NCBI RefSeq assembly: GCF_006345805.1
Contig: NC_043006.1
Location: 16,864,001 to 16,928,000, forward strand
Origin: Octopus sinensis
Lineage: Eukaryota
DNA length: 64,000 nt
Direction: 5' to 3'
The translations under genes and the position numbers were made by a program. Below, piece by piece: positions 50,561 to 62,431 of this stretch. Each line of letters begins with the position of its first letter. Within the stretch, counting starts at the first letter, position 1. The notes under the pieces were generated by a model, which was not told the origin of the DNA, made no database searches, and saw only the letters and a list, made by a program, of their open reading frames with translations.

Positions 50561-51722
50561 TGAAGAATTCCAGGTAGAGGTAGGGGTCCACCAAGGATCA
50601 GTCCTCAGCCCCCTACTATTTATCATAGTCCTTCAGGCATGAAAGAGGAATTTAAGACAGGATGCTGATGACCTTCCTCTAATTGCTGAGTCATTATCAG
50701 AACTAGAGGAGAAGTTTCAGGTGTGGGAACAAGGATTAGAACCGAAGGGCCATAGAGTTAACCTAACTAAAACCAAAGTCCAATTAGACTCTAAAAAGCC
50801 TTCTCATAGAATGAACTAACAGAAACAATAAAACTAGACACAGCCCCATACTTGAAAGTAGGAAAATCCTAAAGCCACAAGTGCAGCAAATGCAGGCTAT
50901 ATAACAATAATTAAGGGTTTAGCAACAAGTTGCTTCACTACATACCGAAAATTTAGAAATAGCAGCCAAAAGACCATTATTTCTTTTTGCTACAAAATAT
51001 GACTCACAGATAACAATATCTTTAACTCACATAGGTAAAAAGAAGGAAAATAACGAAATCAAACAGTTTTCGATTATATATATATATATATACACACACA
51101 CACATACTCACATATGCATATATGGGTACAGGATGTCACCAACAGTAAACAACATGAAATACAAAAACAAATGAGTTCAATATGCAAACGATGAGAGAAA
51201 CAAATGGGAAACAGAACAAAAAACATAAAGAATGACTTTAGTACTTATAGGAGCATCTGTTTTCAAAGACCCATATTGTAAATCAATGGTCGAAATAAGG
51301 AGTAGATAGACAGCCAGTAACTGATGAAGGGTCGTTCTTTATGTTACTCATGCTATTTTCCATTTGTTTCTTTCTTTGTTTGTGTATTGAACTCTTTTGT
51401 TTTCGTATTTCATGTTGTTTACTGTTGGTAACGTGCTGTGTGTGTATATAAACATATATATATATATTATTTATATATAGACAGTGAAGAATTCCGGGTA
51501 GAGGTAGGGGTACACCAAGGTTCAGTTCTCAGCCCCTACTATTTATCATAGTTTTCCAGGCAATAACAGAGGAATTCAAGACAGGATGCCCCTTGGGAGC
51601 TCCTCTATGCTGACGACCTTGCTCTAATTGCTGAGTCACTATCAAAACTAGAGAAGTTTCAGGTGTGGAAACAAGGATTAGAACCGAAGGGCAATAGAGT
51701 TAACCTAACTAAAAGCAAAGTC
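49834..51722. repeat. Diverged tandem duplication of about 945 bp (49834-50778 and 50779-51722)
   Basis: Both units start TCCAATTAGACTC and carry, in order, unique DNA, TA/CA tract, fold-back element and the RT fragment GVHQGSVLSPLLF. Confidence 0.92.
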
Positions 51723-52997
51723 CTAATAAGTAGGAAGACAGGCAAACCACAAATCCCTTCAGGTAGATGGCTCTGCTTGATCTGTAGAAAAAGTGTAGGT
51801 AGAAACTCCATAAGATGTACCTGGTTTAAGCCATGGACACATAAGAGGTGCAGCAATATCAAAGGAAGGCTAACTGGGAAGATAATTTTTCTATGTGGCA
51901 GATGCTCAGGAACAATAAACACTGCAAATGTGCAGAGAACTTCCGCCACATTCCAGGGAGAAAAGCTAGAAGTAGTTGATAGCTTCTGTTACCTACGTGA
52001 CGAAGTCAGTAGTGGGGGAGTGTGTGCTGAAAGTGTAGCTGCTAGAATGAGAATAGCTTGGACAAAGTTCAGTGAGCTCTTACCTCTGCTGGTGACAAAG
52101 GGCCTCTCGCTCAGAGTAAAAGGTAGACTGTATGACGCATGTGTACGAACAGCCATGCTACCTGGCAGCGAAACATGGGCCAAGACTACTGAAGACATGC
52201 GTAAGCTCGCAAGGAATGAAACCAGTATGTTCCGATGGATGTGTAATGTCAGTGTGCATACTCGACAGAGTGTTAGTACCTTGAGAGAAAAATTGGACCT
52301 AAGAAGCACCAGATGTGGTGTGCAAGAGAGACGACTGCGCTGGTATGGTTATGTGGCGAGAATGGATGAGGATATCTGTGTGAAAAAGTGCCACACCCTA
52401 GCGGTTGAGGGTACCTGTGGAAGAGGTAGACCCAGGAAGACCTGGGATGGGGTGGTGAAGCATGACCTTCAAACATTAGGCCTCACAAGGCAATGACTAG
52501 TGACCGAGACCTTTGGAAATACGCTGTGCTTCAGAAGACCCGGCAAGCCAAGCGAGACCATAACCTCGTGGCTTATGCCAGGGATGTAACCAGCCCACTT
52601 ATGCGTACCTTTCCTTCATTGGATACTTAACTCTGCTTGCGAAGACCTGTTGAGGTAAGTGAAATCGAAATCAATTTCGATGACTGGCATACGTGCTAGT
52701 GGAGCACTAAGAGCACCATACGAGCATGATCTTTACCTGCATCACCTTATTGGTACTTGTGCCAGTGGCACATGAAAAAACATTCAAGTGAGGTCGTTGC
52801 CATTGTCGGACTGGCTCCTGTGCAGGTGGCACATAAAAAACACCATTTGAGCGTGGCCATTGCCAGTACCGCCTGACTGGCCCTCGTGCCAGTGGCACGT
52901 AAAAGCACCCACTACACTATCAGAGTAGTTGGTGTTAGGAAGAGCAGCCAGCAGTAGAAACTCTGCCAGATCAAGATTGGAGTCTGGTGCAATGGGT
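51481..52997 (+). mobile_element. 5'-truncated RTE-clade LINE: RT motifs, PHD-like Zn finger, C-terminus and 3' UTR; frameshifted
   Basis: GVHQGSVLSPLLF, LLYADDL, NLTKSKV, LEVVDSFCYL, GSETWA, RLRWYGYV.RM, GRGRPRKTW; then the 3' UTR seen as dispersed copies throughout the window. Confidence 0.92.
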
Positions 52998-53814
52998 AAA
53001 ATGTCGTCATTTTATATTTTTTATTTCATGCATGTGCATAGTTTGGTTTTGTCAACTGGGCACTGTCTGAGAAAAACAGCACTATGACGCAACTCACTGA
53101 CCCAGAAATTTGCAAATGACATGCTGTACTGCTTGGCATTTGCACCGGAAGCTCCAATATAAATATTTCAGTGTTTGGGTGTCAATCTGAGGACAGTGCA
53201 ATACAAGGACATGCACTGAGAGTGATAAAAATCAAACATCCAGTCAACATCAAGGTGTTTGGAGTGATCAAAAGTGAGGGCGACATTATGCCTTTATCTT
53301 CCCACATGGCCTCAGGCTCAACACGGCAGCCTACATCAAGTGCCTTGAGGAGGTAGTGCTACCCTATGTTAAGAGGGTGGCTGCCGGAAGACCCTATATC
53401 TGGTAACAGGACTCTGCACCGTGCCACACAAGCAGGAGAACCCAGTCATGGCTGTCAGACAATTTTTGTGACCACATCACCCCCAACATCTGGCGATCTA
53501 ACTCATCAGGCAGCAACCTGCTTGATTATTATGTGTGGGCACAGTTGAGTAAAAGACCAACAAAACTCCATGTAACACCGAAGATGAACTGAAGGCAAAG
53601 ATCAAAGATTATGGGTAAACAAGGAGACCATCCAGAAGAGTTGCAGAAGATTCCAAAACTGTCTGGAGGCTATGGCAATTTTATTAAATAAATTTACTCG
53701 TTAGTATTTCAAGATATTTTTATGTAATTTTGGAAAATATACCTGTTAAAATGAAATGTCAGTGTTATTTCCATTTTTGCATAATTTAGACAACAGGTTA
53801 TTCACCACACCCTG
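52990..53814 (+). mobile_element. Second decayed maT-type (DD37D) element, internally deleted
   Basis: YIW*QDSAPCHTSRRTQSWLSDNFCDHITPNIWRSNSSGSNLLDYYVW with 37 residues between the Asp; right end ...CACCCTG complements the CAGGGTG start of the 17423 element. Left boundary uncertain. Confidence 0.75.
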
Positions 53815-53924
53815 TGTGTATATAAATAAATATATATAATATATACTAGGTATTGAACAGGTATTTCCTTGGCTTAAACCAATCCCTTCATGAGGTTAAC
53901 ACAAACTGAAAATGTACTTCCATT

Positions 53925-54976
53925 ACCTAGGTGATCAAGTCAGTAGAGAGGGCTGATGCTCTGAGAGTGTAACCTGCTGGTGACAAAGAGCCTTTTGCTC
54001 AGAGGAAAAGGTAGACTGTATGACACATGTGCAAACAGCCATGCTACATGGCAGTGAAACATGGGCCGTGACTGCTGAGGACATGTGTAAACCTGCAAGG
54101 AATGAAGCTAGTATGCTCTGCTGGATGTGTAATATCAGTATGCATATATGACAGTGTAAGTGCCCTCAGAGAAAAGTTGGACATAAGAAGCATCACATGT
54201 GGTGTGCAAGAGAGATGACTACACTGGTATGGTCATGTGTTGCATATGGATGAGGACAGCTGTGTGAAAAAGTGTCACACCCTAGCAGTAGAAGGAACCT
54301 GTGGAAGAGGTAGACCCAGGAAGACCTGGGATGAGGTAGTGAAGCACAACCATTGAACGTTGGGCCTCACAGAGGCGATGACAAGTGACTGAGACTTTGA
54401 AGTTATGCTGTACTTGAGAAGACCTGACAAGCCAAGTGAGACCGTAACTGTGGCCTATGCCAGTGCAGCATCACTGGCCCATTTAAAAGTACCCTTCAAT
54501 CATTGGGCAATAAACTGCGCTTGCGAAGACCTGTTGAGTCAAGTGAAGTCATTGTCGTGGCCAATGCCAGTACAGCCTGATCGGCACCTGTGCTGATGGC
54601 ACATAAAAAGCACCATTCAATAAGGTCGATGCCAGTGCCACCTGACTGGCTCCCATGCTGGTGACATGTAAAATGTACCGTTTAAGCGGGGTCATTGCCA
54701 GTGCTGCCTGACTGGCTCCCATGCCAGTGGCACGTAAAAAGCACCATTCAAGTGTGGTCAATGCCAGTACTGCCTGACCGGACCCCATGCAAGTGGTACA
54801 TAAAAAGCACACCCACTACACTCTCAAAGTGGTTGGTGTTACGAAGGGCATCCAGCTGTAGAAACTTTGCCAGATCAGATTGGAGCCTGGTGCAGTCTTC
54901 TGGCTTGCCAGACCTCAGTCAAACCATCCAACCCATGCCAGCATGAAAAGTGGACATCAAACGATGACAATGATGG
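53925..54976 (+). mobile_element. 5'-truncated RTE LINE with complete 3' end
   Basis: GSETWAVTAEDM, RLHWYGHV, GRGRPRKTWDEVV, then hairpin modules and an acgatgacaatgatg tail. Confidence 0.88.
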
Positions 54977-54996
54977 TATACATATTTATATATATA

Positions 54997-55563
54997 CACT
55001 TGCGTCGGAAATTAATTAGCACTTCTCAAATTTCTACATTTTCTTACATTTTCTTAATTTAATTAACTTATTATCAGAAATGAACTCGTTTTTAATCAAA
55101 AATTTATTAAAACATATCCCAGCACACCACATAATTGTTATTAATCGTGAAATTTAGTCAATATCTTGTTGCTCCTCCTTTGGCAGCAATGACAGCTGCT
55201 ACGCGGGTTGGCATGCTGTCTATGAGTGCCTGCAGGTACTGTGCAGGGATGGCCCCTCATGCAGCAAGAAGTGCCCTAAACAGCTCGTGTCGGTTCCTGT
55301 ATTGCTGCACATTCAAATCCCTACCCAATCGACTCCAGAGGTTCTCAATAGGGTTCAGGTCAGGTGACTGGCCAGCACGTACTCCTCGCCACCAAAGAGG
55401 TATCCCGTACTATCTCAACGTACTTTGCTGCGTTGATGTTGTCTTCGACGGCATAGAGCCGCCCAACACCACTGTAGCTGAACGCCCCTCACACCATCAG
55501 ACCACCCCCACCATGCTTCATGGTGAGCAAATCAAGGGTGCTAATTAATTTCTGACGGTAGTG
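54997..55563 (-). mobile_element. Internally deleted Tc1-like (DD34E-type) element, 567 bp
   Basis: 26-bp TIRs (54997-55022 and 55538-55563, 3 mismatches), TA flanks; minus strand gives QSPDLNPIENLW...LIDSMPTRVAAVIAAKGGATRY. Confidence 0.9.
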
Positions 55564-56021
55564 TATATATATATTATATTGTATGTATGTACACACTCAT
55601 ACAACTATATCAAAATAATATTGAAAAAGACATGTATTAATGGAAAGGATAATGAAGAGAGATGGACGAACCCATTTCGTCAGCCATGTTTTTGCCTAGA
55701 ATCACCTACAACTTTGGTAATGGAAAACATGAGATCATTCATCTGAAGAGCACCAGAAGAGAAAACAACAAAACAAACACAAGTTTCCAAATGAAACATA
55801 GTGGACAAATGGAAACAAAAATATACAGACCACAAACAATAATGGTGTCTTTGAACTCGAGAAAGAGACGAAGAGGATGCTAGTGTAGAGAAAAAGTAAG
55901 AGGAAGGTGTGGTGGGAATCAGTAGGAGTAGGCTGCATGAGAGAATGTGCGAGAGAGAAGCAAAAGGACACAAGAAAGTGTAAGTCATACTGAGAAATAT
56001 ATGTTACATATATAAACATAT

Positions 56022-56172
56022 CATCATCTTCATTTACCACCTCTTTCCTCATGCTAGCATGGGTTGGATAGTTCAAATGAACAGATAAACCAGAGAGCTA
56101 AGCCAAGTTCAAATATCTGCTTTGGCATGGTTTCTACAGCTAGATGCCCTTCCTAATGCCAACCACTTCATG
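56022..56172 (-). mobile_element. RTE-type 3' end, degenerate
   Basis: catcatc...catgctagcatgggttgga...ctagatgcccttcctaatgccaacc. Confidence 0.65.
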
Positions 56173-56255
56173 GAGTATGCATACATTTGTTATTTAATAT
56201 ATTCGTTATATAATACATCATTATTATAAATATATGTATTATATAACTTGTTATA

Positions 56256-56602
56256 TATTCTTTTATTCGTTTCGGTCAACTGACTGCGGCTATGCTGGAG
56301 CACTACCTTTAGTCGAACAAATTGACCCTAGGACTTATTCTTTGTAAGCCTAATACTTATTCTATCGGTCTCTTTTGCTGAACTGCTAAGTTACAGGGAC
56401 ATAAACACACAAGCGATGTTGCAGGGACAAACACATACACACGACAGGCTTCTTTAAGTTTCCATCTACCAAATCCACTCACAAGGCTTTGGTCAGACCA
56501 AGGTTATAGAAGACACTTGCTCAAGGTGCCACGGAGTGGGACTGAATCCGGAACCATGTGGTTGGTAAGCAAGCTACTTAACATACAGCCACTCCTGCGC
56601 CT
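56256..56602 (-). mobile_element. SINE family 1
   Basis: Ends ...cagccactcctgcgcct like 47477-47898. Confidence 0.85.
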
Positions 56603-58852
56603 ATATATTTATTATATAAATATACAATAAATATATATCATATTTAATATATATAACTATTTTTATGTAATTATATATAAAATAGTAAAAATATGTGATA
56701 AACGCCTATTAAGTAAATATACAATAAACAAATGTGTGTATCTGCATACATAAAATACATTCAATAAAATCGTTATATATAAAAGTGCATTGCCAAACGC
56801 TATATTTATGATATCGTGTTAGTACTAGGATTATATAATTATATACATATATTACATAACCAAAATTCTTCACATATTTCACAAGGATATTTATACAATG
56901 TAAAACAGATATATGTTATCTAAATTAAATTTATAGGAATCAAATTGGTATTATATAGGTTGAAATTGTAATATATCAGTGAAATCTATATATCAATCTA
57001 TGAAATCTATATAATATATAAACACCTACACGGCCAATATCGTTAGCGATGGGATACACTACACTGATTTGTCAGTGCTAGCATCACTTGGTAATATCAT
57101 AACCAGCTGATCTCTCAGAGTGTTGCATTTTTGTAGTGAATATGTAATGACGTTGGAAAGACTAGAACGTAATCGGATGACATATGCAAATTCATGGTTA
57201 GTGGCGGTTTAATGTACTTCAAAAGAAACATTGAAGTCAGTCTGAGAAGGAGTAAGATGGGTCAATGCCCTTATAAACATCCTTAGAAGTGGTGAGGAGC
57301 GACTGAGTGAAATTAATGCAATTAAATGTTGAGTCTGAGGAGTTGCAGGAGATTGGAATTACAGTTATAAAACAAATATTGCTTAAATACCCAAATGAAA
57401 TTAAATTTAGAACATGAGATATATTTCCCAGTCCTGTGAGAATAGTGCATGAAAACTGATAAGATATTGTATTTATAAACTTCTTTTAGAAAATCAAAAG
57501 ACATGACATTTATCACATCAACAAAAATGAAAATTCTATCAATAGTTCAAGTTGTAAAGATTTAGCCCCAAACAAGTTTAAAAGCTGTACGAGTTGATGG
57601 ATGGATGGATGGATGGACACACTTATATATAGAAAAAATAGCAACAGCCTATTTAATTATATGAAAAACAAGACAAGTTCAACAGTTGAGAAAACCAAAA
57701 ACCATCAATAGGCATCGAAGACATTATTTGCAAACTATTTCGATATCTAAAAAAATAGTTGTAATAGTAATAAATCGCATTCTTCAATTGTAAATAAAGC
57801 GAGAAATGATGAAGAAAGCTAATAGACTGATGTCATTTCATAGAAAAAAAAATCTACCATGAGGTAATTGGAATAATGGTGATAATTTCTTATGCAGACT
57901 AAAAATACACCTTTACACTTTCGTGGGACATATCGTGTGTGAAATACAAGCTGAAGAATACTCAGCAAGCCTGGAAATGAGCCATATGTAAAAACAAATT
58001 TTGGGGAAAGGTATTTAAAAATGTAATTAAAGAAAAACAACTGACACAATAAATTATAAATACGCAACAATAATAAGTAATTAATGTGTTAAAAAACAAT
58101 GTCATTAAAAGAAAAACAGTGAAAAACTACAAGGTATTCTAGAAATATGTAGCATCTCGAAAAAACTAACGAATGCAGTAGAAAGTTCTTCGCATAAAAT
58201 ACTTTGGATTTCCACCTGAAACCACGTATTGTAACAACGCCTTGAGAAAGGCATGAGCATCACTACACCACATCTGTTTTAATTTGTGATGTCATGTTCT
58301 TGTTGTTGCTGTAAGCGGACTTGTAATTAAAAACTCTTACACAGCTAATTGCACTCGTGTAAATATTTATGACCAGCCATTCGAGTTTGTTTTAAATGTT
58401 GGAAGTTTTTTTGCAAAATTCACAATGAATATTCGCTTCGGAAAGAATACGTACGATTAAATAAGCTGTATGGCTAAGTAATAGAACTGCGATACATCAA
58501 TGACATATGCACGAACATTATATACTAAACTAATCCTGTTTGTATGGGGGGGAAAGGGCTAAATAATCAACGCGACAGATTTCTTTTTTAATATTATTAA
58601 AGAACTAAATTTGGTCATGTTAAAGAGAAATTATCCCAAGTATTGCAGATGAATTCCAAATAACAATTCAGTAAAGCTTAACGTCAGGGGACAATGGTTA
58701 AAAAGGGACGGTGACGCTATTAGACATTTCGGCCTTAAGTGAGTTTTAAACAATCAGAATTTAAAAAAATACAAACGATGAAACAGAAATAATTAAGTAA
58801 AAAGTGGTAAAACAGAAAAAAAGCAAAGCAAAAGAAGCAAGCATTATCTCAC

Positions 58853-59062
58853 CTTGCACTCTGGAACGACCGATTCTTTGCCGTCTGGATGCCATGCTAC
58901 ACGAACAGTACCCCGCCGTACACAGTCGCAAAATTGATCTGGATCGTTCTGTTCTTCATCACTGCTGACATACTCCGAATTTTCCAGTACCAGCCCGTAT
59001 ACACAGCCTTTATCGGTTACCATACACACTTCATCTTCGTCGAATATATTGCAGGCAGCCAT
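58853..59062 (-). CDS. UBE2O: UBE2O-like E2/E3 hybrid ubiquitin-conjugating enzyme, coding exon 1 (70 aa, MAACNIF...PECK)
   Basis: ATG at 59062 in ggtATGG context; peptide GLV...SSDEE...RRGTVRVAWHPDGKE resembles the UBE2O N-terminus as I recall it (GLVRL...DSDSE...RRGYVRVQWYPEG); ends at an AAG|GTGAGA donor, phase 0. Confidence 0.9.
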
Positions 59063-59250
59063 ACCTGTGACAGGGAATTGTGGGAGCGACCTGCGCCGGA
59101 AGTAATAATAGCGATAGTCGTCGTAGCATTAGAAGAGAATGCACATGGCATGGTTGGTGTCTGTGGTAATTTAGTGAGAACAACAATGCAGAGCTAGCGC
59201 AGTAATAACAACGCCAGTTTTCCAGCGATCGGTTCACCACTTAAAAGAAA
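59063..59250 (-). promoter_or_regulatory. Probable promoter / 5' UTR of the UBE2O-like gene, with an ETS-type CCGGAAGT motif at 59096-59103
   Basis: Locally GC- and CpG-richer sequence directly upstream of the ATG, containing a perfect CCGGAAGT. The transcription start cannot be placed from sequence. Confidence 0.55.
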
Positions 59251-59444
59251 CTTAACTATTGCAATCTATCAACCTATCTACCGTTATATATATATATGAA
59301 TTTAGTCGAGAACCTTCTTTTTTTTGCCCTCGTTAGATTCTTTAATTGATGTGGTTTGAAAACATTTTACGTCATTAAACACATTTTAAATTAAAATAGT
59401 ACAAGCCAAGTAGCCTTCCAGTTTTACGCAATTCAGCTGATGCA

Positions 59445-59535
59445 TCACTAAATTTTATACATATATATGTGTGTGTGTATGTATAAATATATATACATAT
59501 ATATATGTGTATGTGTGTAAATAAATAAATATATA

Positions 59536-59589
<54 letters not shown>

Positions 59590-59822
59590 AATAAATATAT
59601 GTACATATAAATATATATATATATGTACATATAAATATACATATACATGTAAATATATGTGTGTATGTGTGTGTAAATAAATAAATAAATATATATGTAC
59701 ATATATATATATATACACACATAAATAAATATATATATATGTACATATAAATATATGTGTGTACATATAAATATATATATATATATCTAAATATATATCA
59801 AAAAAATTTTTTACATATATAC
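59445..59822. repeat. Compound TA/GT low-complexity tract upstream of the gene
   Basis: Repeated atatatgtacatataaatat-type blocks and (TA)n. Confidence 0.9.
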
Positions 59823-60221
59823 ATGCTGATATATGACCTACGTTGGACTCCTTATTCGCATAATCACAGAACCTGGAACTTAACTATAGTCTGTCCATAG
59901 CACTTATTCGGCATTATCTGACACCTTTGGGTCTTATATATATATGTGTGTGTGTGTGTATATTATTCACCAAATTCCACATATCAGAGGAGGCTCTCAA
60001 TAATAACAGTTTAGCAAAATTGCCACAAATTTGAGTTGAAACTGATAAAAGAAACAATAAATAAATAAAAGAAAAATCTATACATCTTAAATTTGTTTAT
60101 GGGAAACGTTTGAATATGCAAATAAAGCTCCTATTCCATTATGCCGGCTACAGTCTAATGATGATGACTAGTGAACCAACTTTTTGGTAGACTTTATAAG
60201 ATTTAAACTCAGAACCTAGAA

Positions 60222-60555
60222 CAGCAGTTCTGAACTACTTGTTGCCTATGGACCCCTTTGATTCCAATTTTGTACTTTACTGGACCCTAATAGATATTTG
60301 ATACTTAAAAAGGTCCTATTATATTTTTATAATTAGATATTATCAGAGATTGTATAATAAAAAGTGCTGAAATATTTTGCGTATTGTAGAAATATAACCA
60401 ATTTATTGCACATAAAATTTAACAGCAAAATTTTATGTGAACCCCCAAGGGCCATGAGGATTCCCAAGGGCCATGACGACTCCCAAGGGTCATGTAGACC
60501 CCCAAGGGCCATGTGTAACCCCAAGGGCCATGTGGACCCCAATTGAGAACTACTA
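60222..60555. mobile_element. hAT-type MITE with 8-bp TSD and five subterminal 19-bp repeats
   Basis: TSD ACCTAGAA at 60214-60221 and 60556-60563; imperfect TIR CAGCAGTTCTGAA / TTGAGAACTACTA. Confidence 0.8.
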
Positions 60556-60639
60556 ACCTAGAAGAACAAAAGTAGATAACATGTTTAGTTTCAAAGCTGG
60601 AACCATTGTTTTGCTCTTTCTCCAAGTACTTGCTTTTAA

Positions 60640-60860
60640 CCCTTTAGCAATCAGATTACTCTGTCAAATACAATACATACTCATTCACATTGATATGAAT
60701 TAATCCTGCATTATCTTTGTAATTTTGAAATTTCAATGGCGTGATTGCTTATGTTTTAAATGACATTTTTAGGTAGAGGTGAGAGGTCAGATTTGCCTAT
60801 TATAACATAAAACAGGGAGAAAATTTTGAGCCGGATATGGCTGGTTTAAACGCTAAAAGG
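60640..60860 (-). mobile_element. piggyBac-type MITE, family B (221 bp)
   Basis: TTAA|CCCTTTAG ... CTAAAAGG|TTAA. Confidence 0.8.
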
Positions 60861-61447
60861 TTAAGAAACTATAAATAACATTTAAATATATTCCTGAATT
60901 CTCCTGGTCTTGGTTTTTTTTTTTCTCCCATACATACATGCATGCATATGTACAAACATACACATTTACTGTTCCCTTTTCCATGATTGCATGGTTCAGA
61001 TGGAATTTATTGGGGCAGATTTTTTTTATGACCAGATGTCCTTCCTGCTACCAACACTCTCATGTTTCCAATCAAAATATTTCTTCATGACCAGACATGT
61101 TTTCATGGAAGACTGGAAATGAGAGACACCACTCATATAACAGTGACACTCATTTACAACTTACTTACTTACTACTTGTGGCGACATTCACCCTGGGTGG
61201 GTTGAGTTGGCTTCTACTCATGGAAGAAGTTTCGTGGGAACATGTGGATTTCACAAGCGGTCCCCAACAATCCCGCATGTAGAGACATCCTGTTTGCCAC
61301 AGATTGTTCGCAGATGCAGGGACAGAACGACCGAGGAGCCGCCGGTTGCCGAAAAAGACACTCCGAGGATTTTCACCAGAAAATGTTACTGCTCTTTGTT
61401 TGACATCTTACAATAGTTGGTATTAGGGCCACAACCTGGCAGACGAA

Positions 61448-61755
61448 TTCATCATCATCATTTAATGTCCATTTTCCGTGCTAGTACGGATTGGACGGTT
61501 CAACTGGGTTCTGGGAAGCCAGGAGGCTGCACCAGGCTCCAGTTTGATCTGGCAGTGTTTCTACAGCTGGATGCCCTTCATAACGCCAACCACTCCGTGA
61601 GTGTAGTGGGTGCTTTTTACGTGCCACCGGCACAGGTGTCAGGGGAGGCTAGCAGCAGCCATGATCGGTTGGTGCTTTTTACGTGCCACTAGCACAGAAG
61701 CCAGTCAAGGCAGCACTGGTATCGGCCACATTCGGATAGTGCTTTTTACGTGTCA
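61448..61755 (-). mobile_element. RTE LINE 3' end
   Basis: (CAT)n start plus three modules. Confidence 0.8.
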
Positions 61756-62431
61756 TAGCCTTTTATATTCTAGGTTCTGAGTTCAAATTCTGCTAAGGTT
61801 GACTTGGTTGACTTTCATCATTCCAGAATTGATAAAATTAATACTACACAGAGACTGGAGTGAATTTAATCAACAATATTCAAACTGTGCTAATATTACA
61901 AACTAATATCTAATAATATAGATTTATATTTTATAATATATAAGATCATATAACTATAAGTTTAAATTTATTATATAGAAATTTTAATTTATTTTGTATA
62001 TTTTATTAATATAGTGACTTTACCATAACACTACTCAAGATAACTTTGTACTTCATCCTCCAAGGGTTAATGAAAAAAGTACCAATTACGCACTTGATGT
62101 CAATACAGTAGACCATACCACCCCACGTCATCAAATTTGTAGCCTTTTGTCTTTATCAGAAATGAATATATATATTATATGTGGATTGGCACATTTGGCA
62201 GGATGACAAACAAAATGCCTTACAGGATTTAGTTGCTGTCTTTAACACATTAACCACCACTTGTACCATCAGTATTTCATTGTTTAACCTCACACAACAG
62301 CCAGTAATAGGCCATGGTGGTTAATGTATTAAAACCCAAAAGATAATTCTATGTGACAGACCATGGGACCTATCATTGTTTACACCAACAGGGCCATGAT
62401 CAAGCACAAGAGCAATTTTTCTAAAATAAAG

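Noticed and set aside
23591-55563. Deleted mariner (566 bp) and deleted Tc1 (567 bp) have almost the same length
   Set aside because: Different families and only two cases; coincidence is the simplest explanation.
57170-57300. Octamer ATGCAAAT near 57183 as an snRNA-type promoter element
   Set aside because: No snRNA-like sequence follows; an isolated 8-mer is expected by chance in AT-rich DNA.
18995-58852. Recursive splice (ratchet) sites in the 40-kb intron
   Set aside because: The few AG|GT candidates seen (near 40120 and 42890) lack a good polypyrimidine tract or YAG; needs a systematic scan and nascent RNA data.
61150-61440. GC-richer segment with a (TAAG)-like tail on the minus strand and a C/H-containing peptide
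   Set aside because: Possibly another LINE 3' end, but too degenerate to classify from sequence alone.
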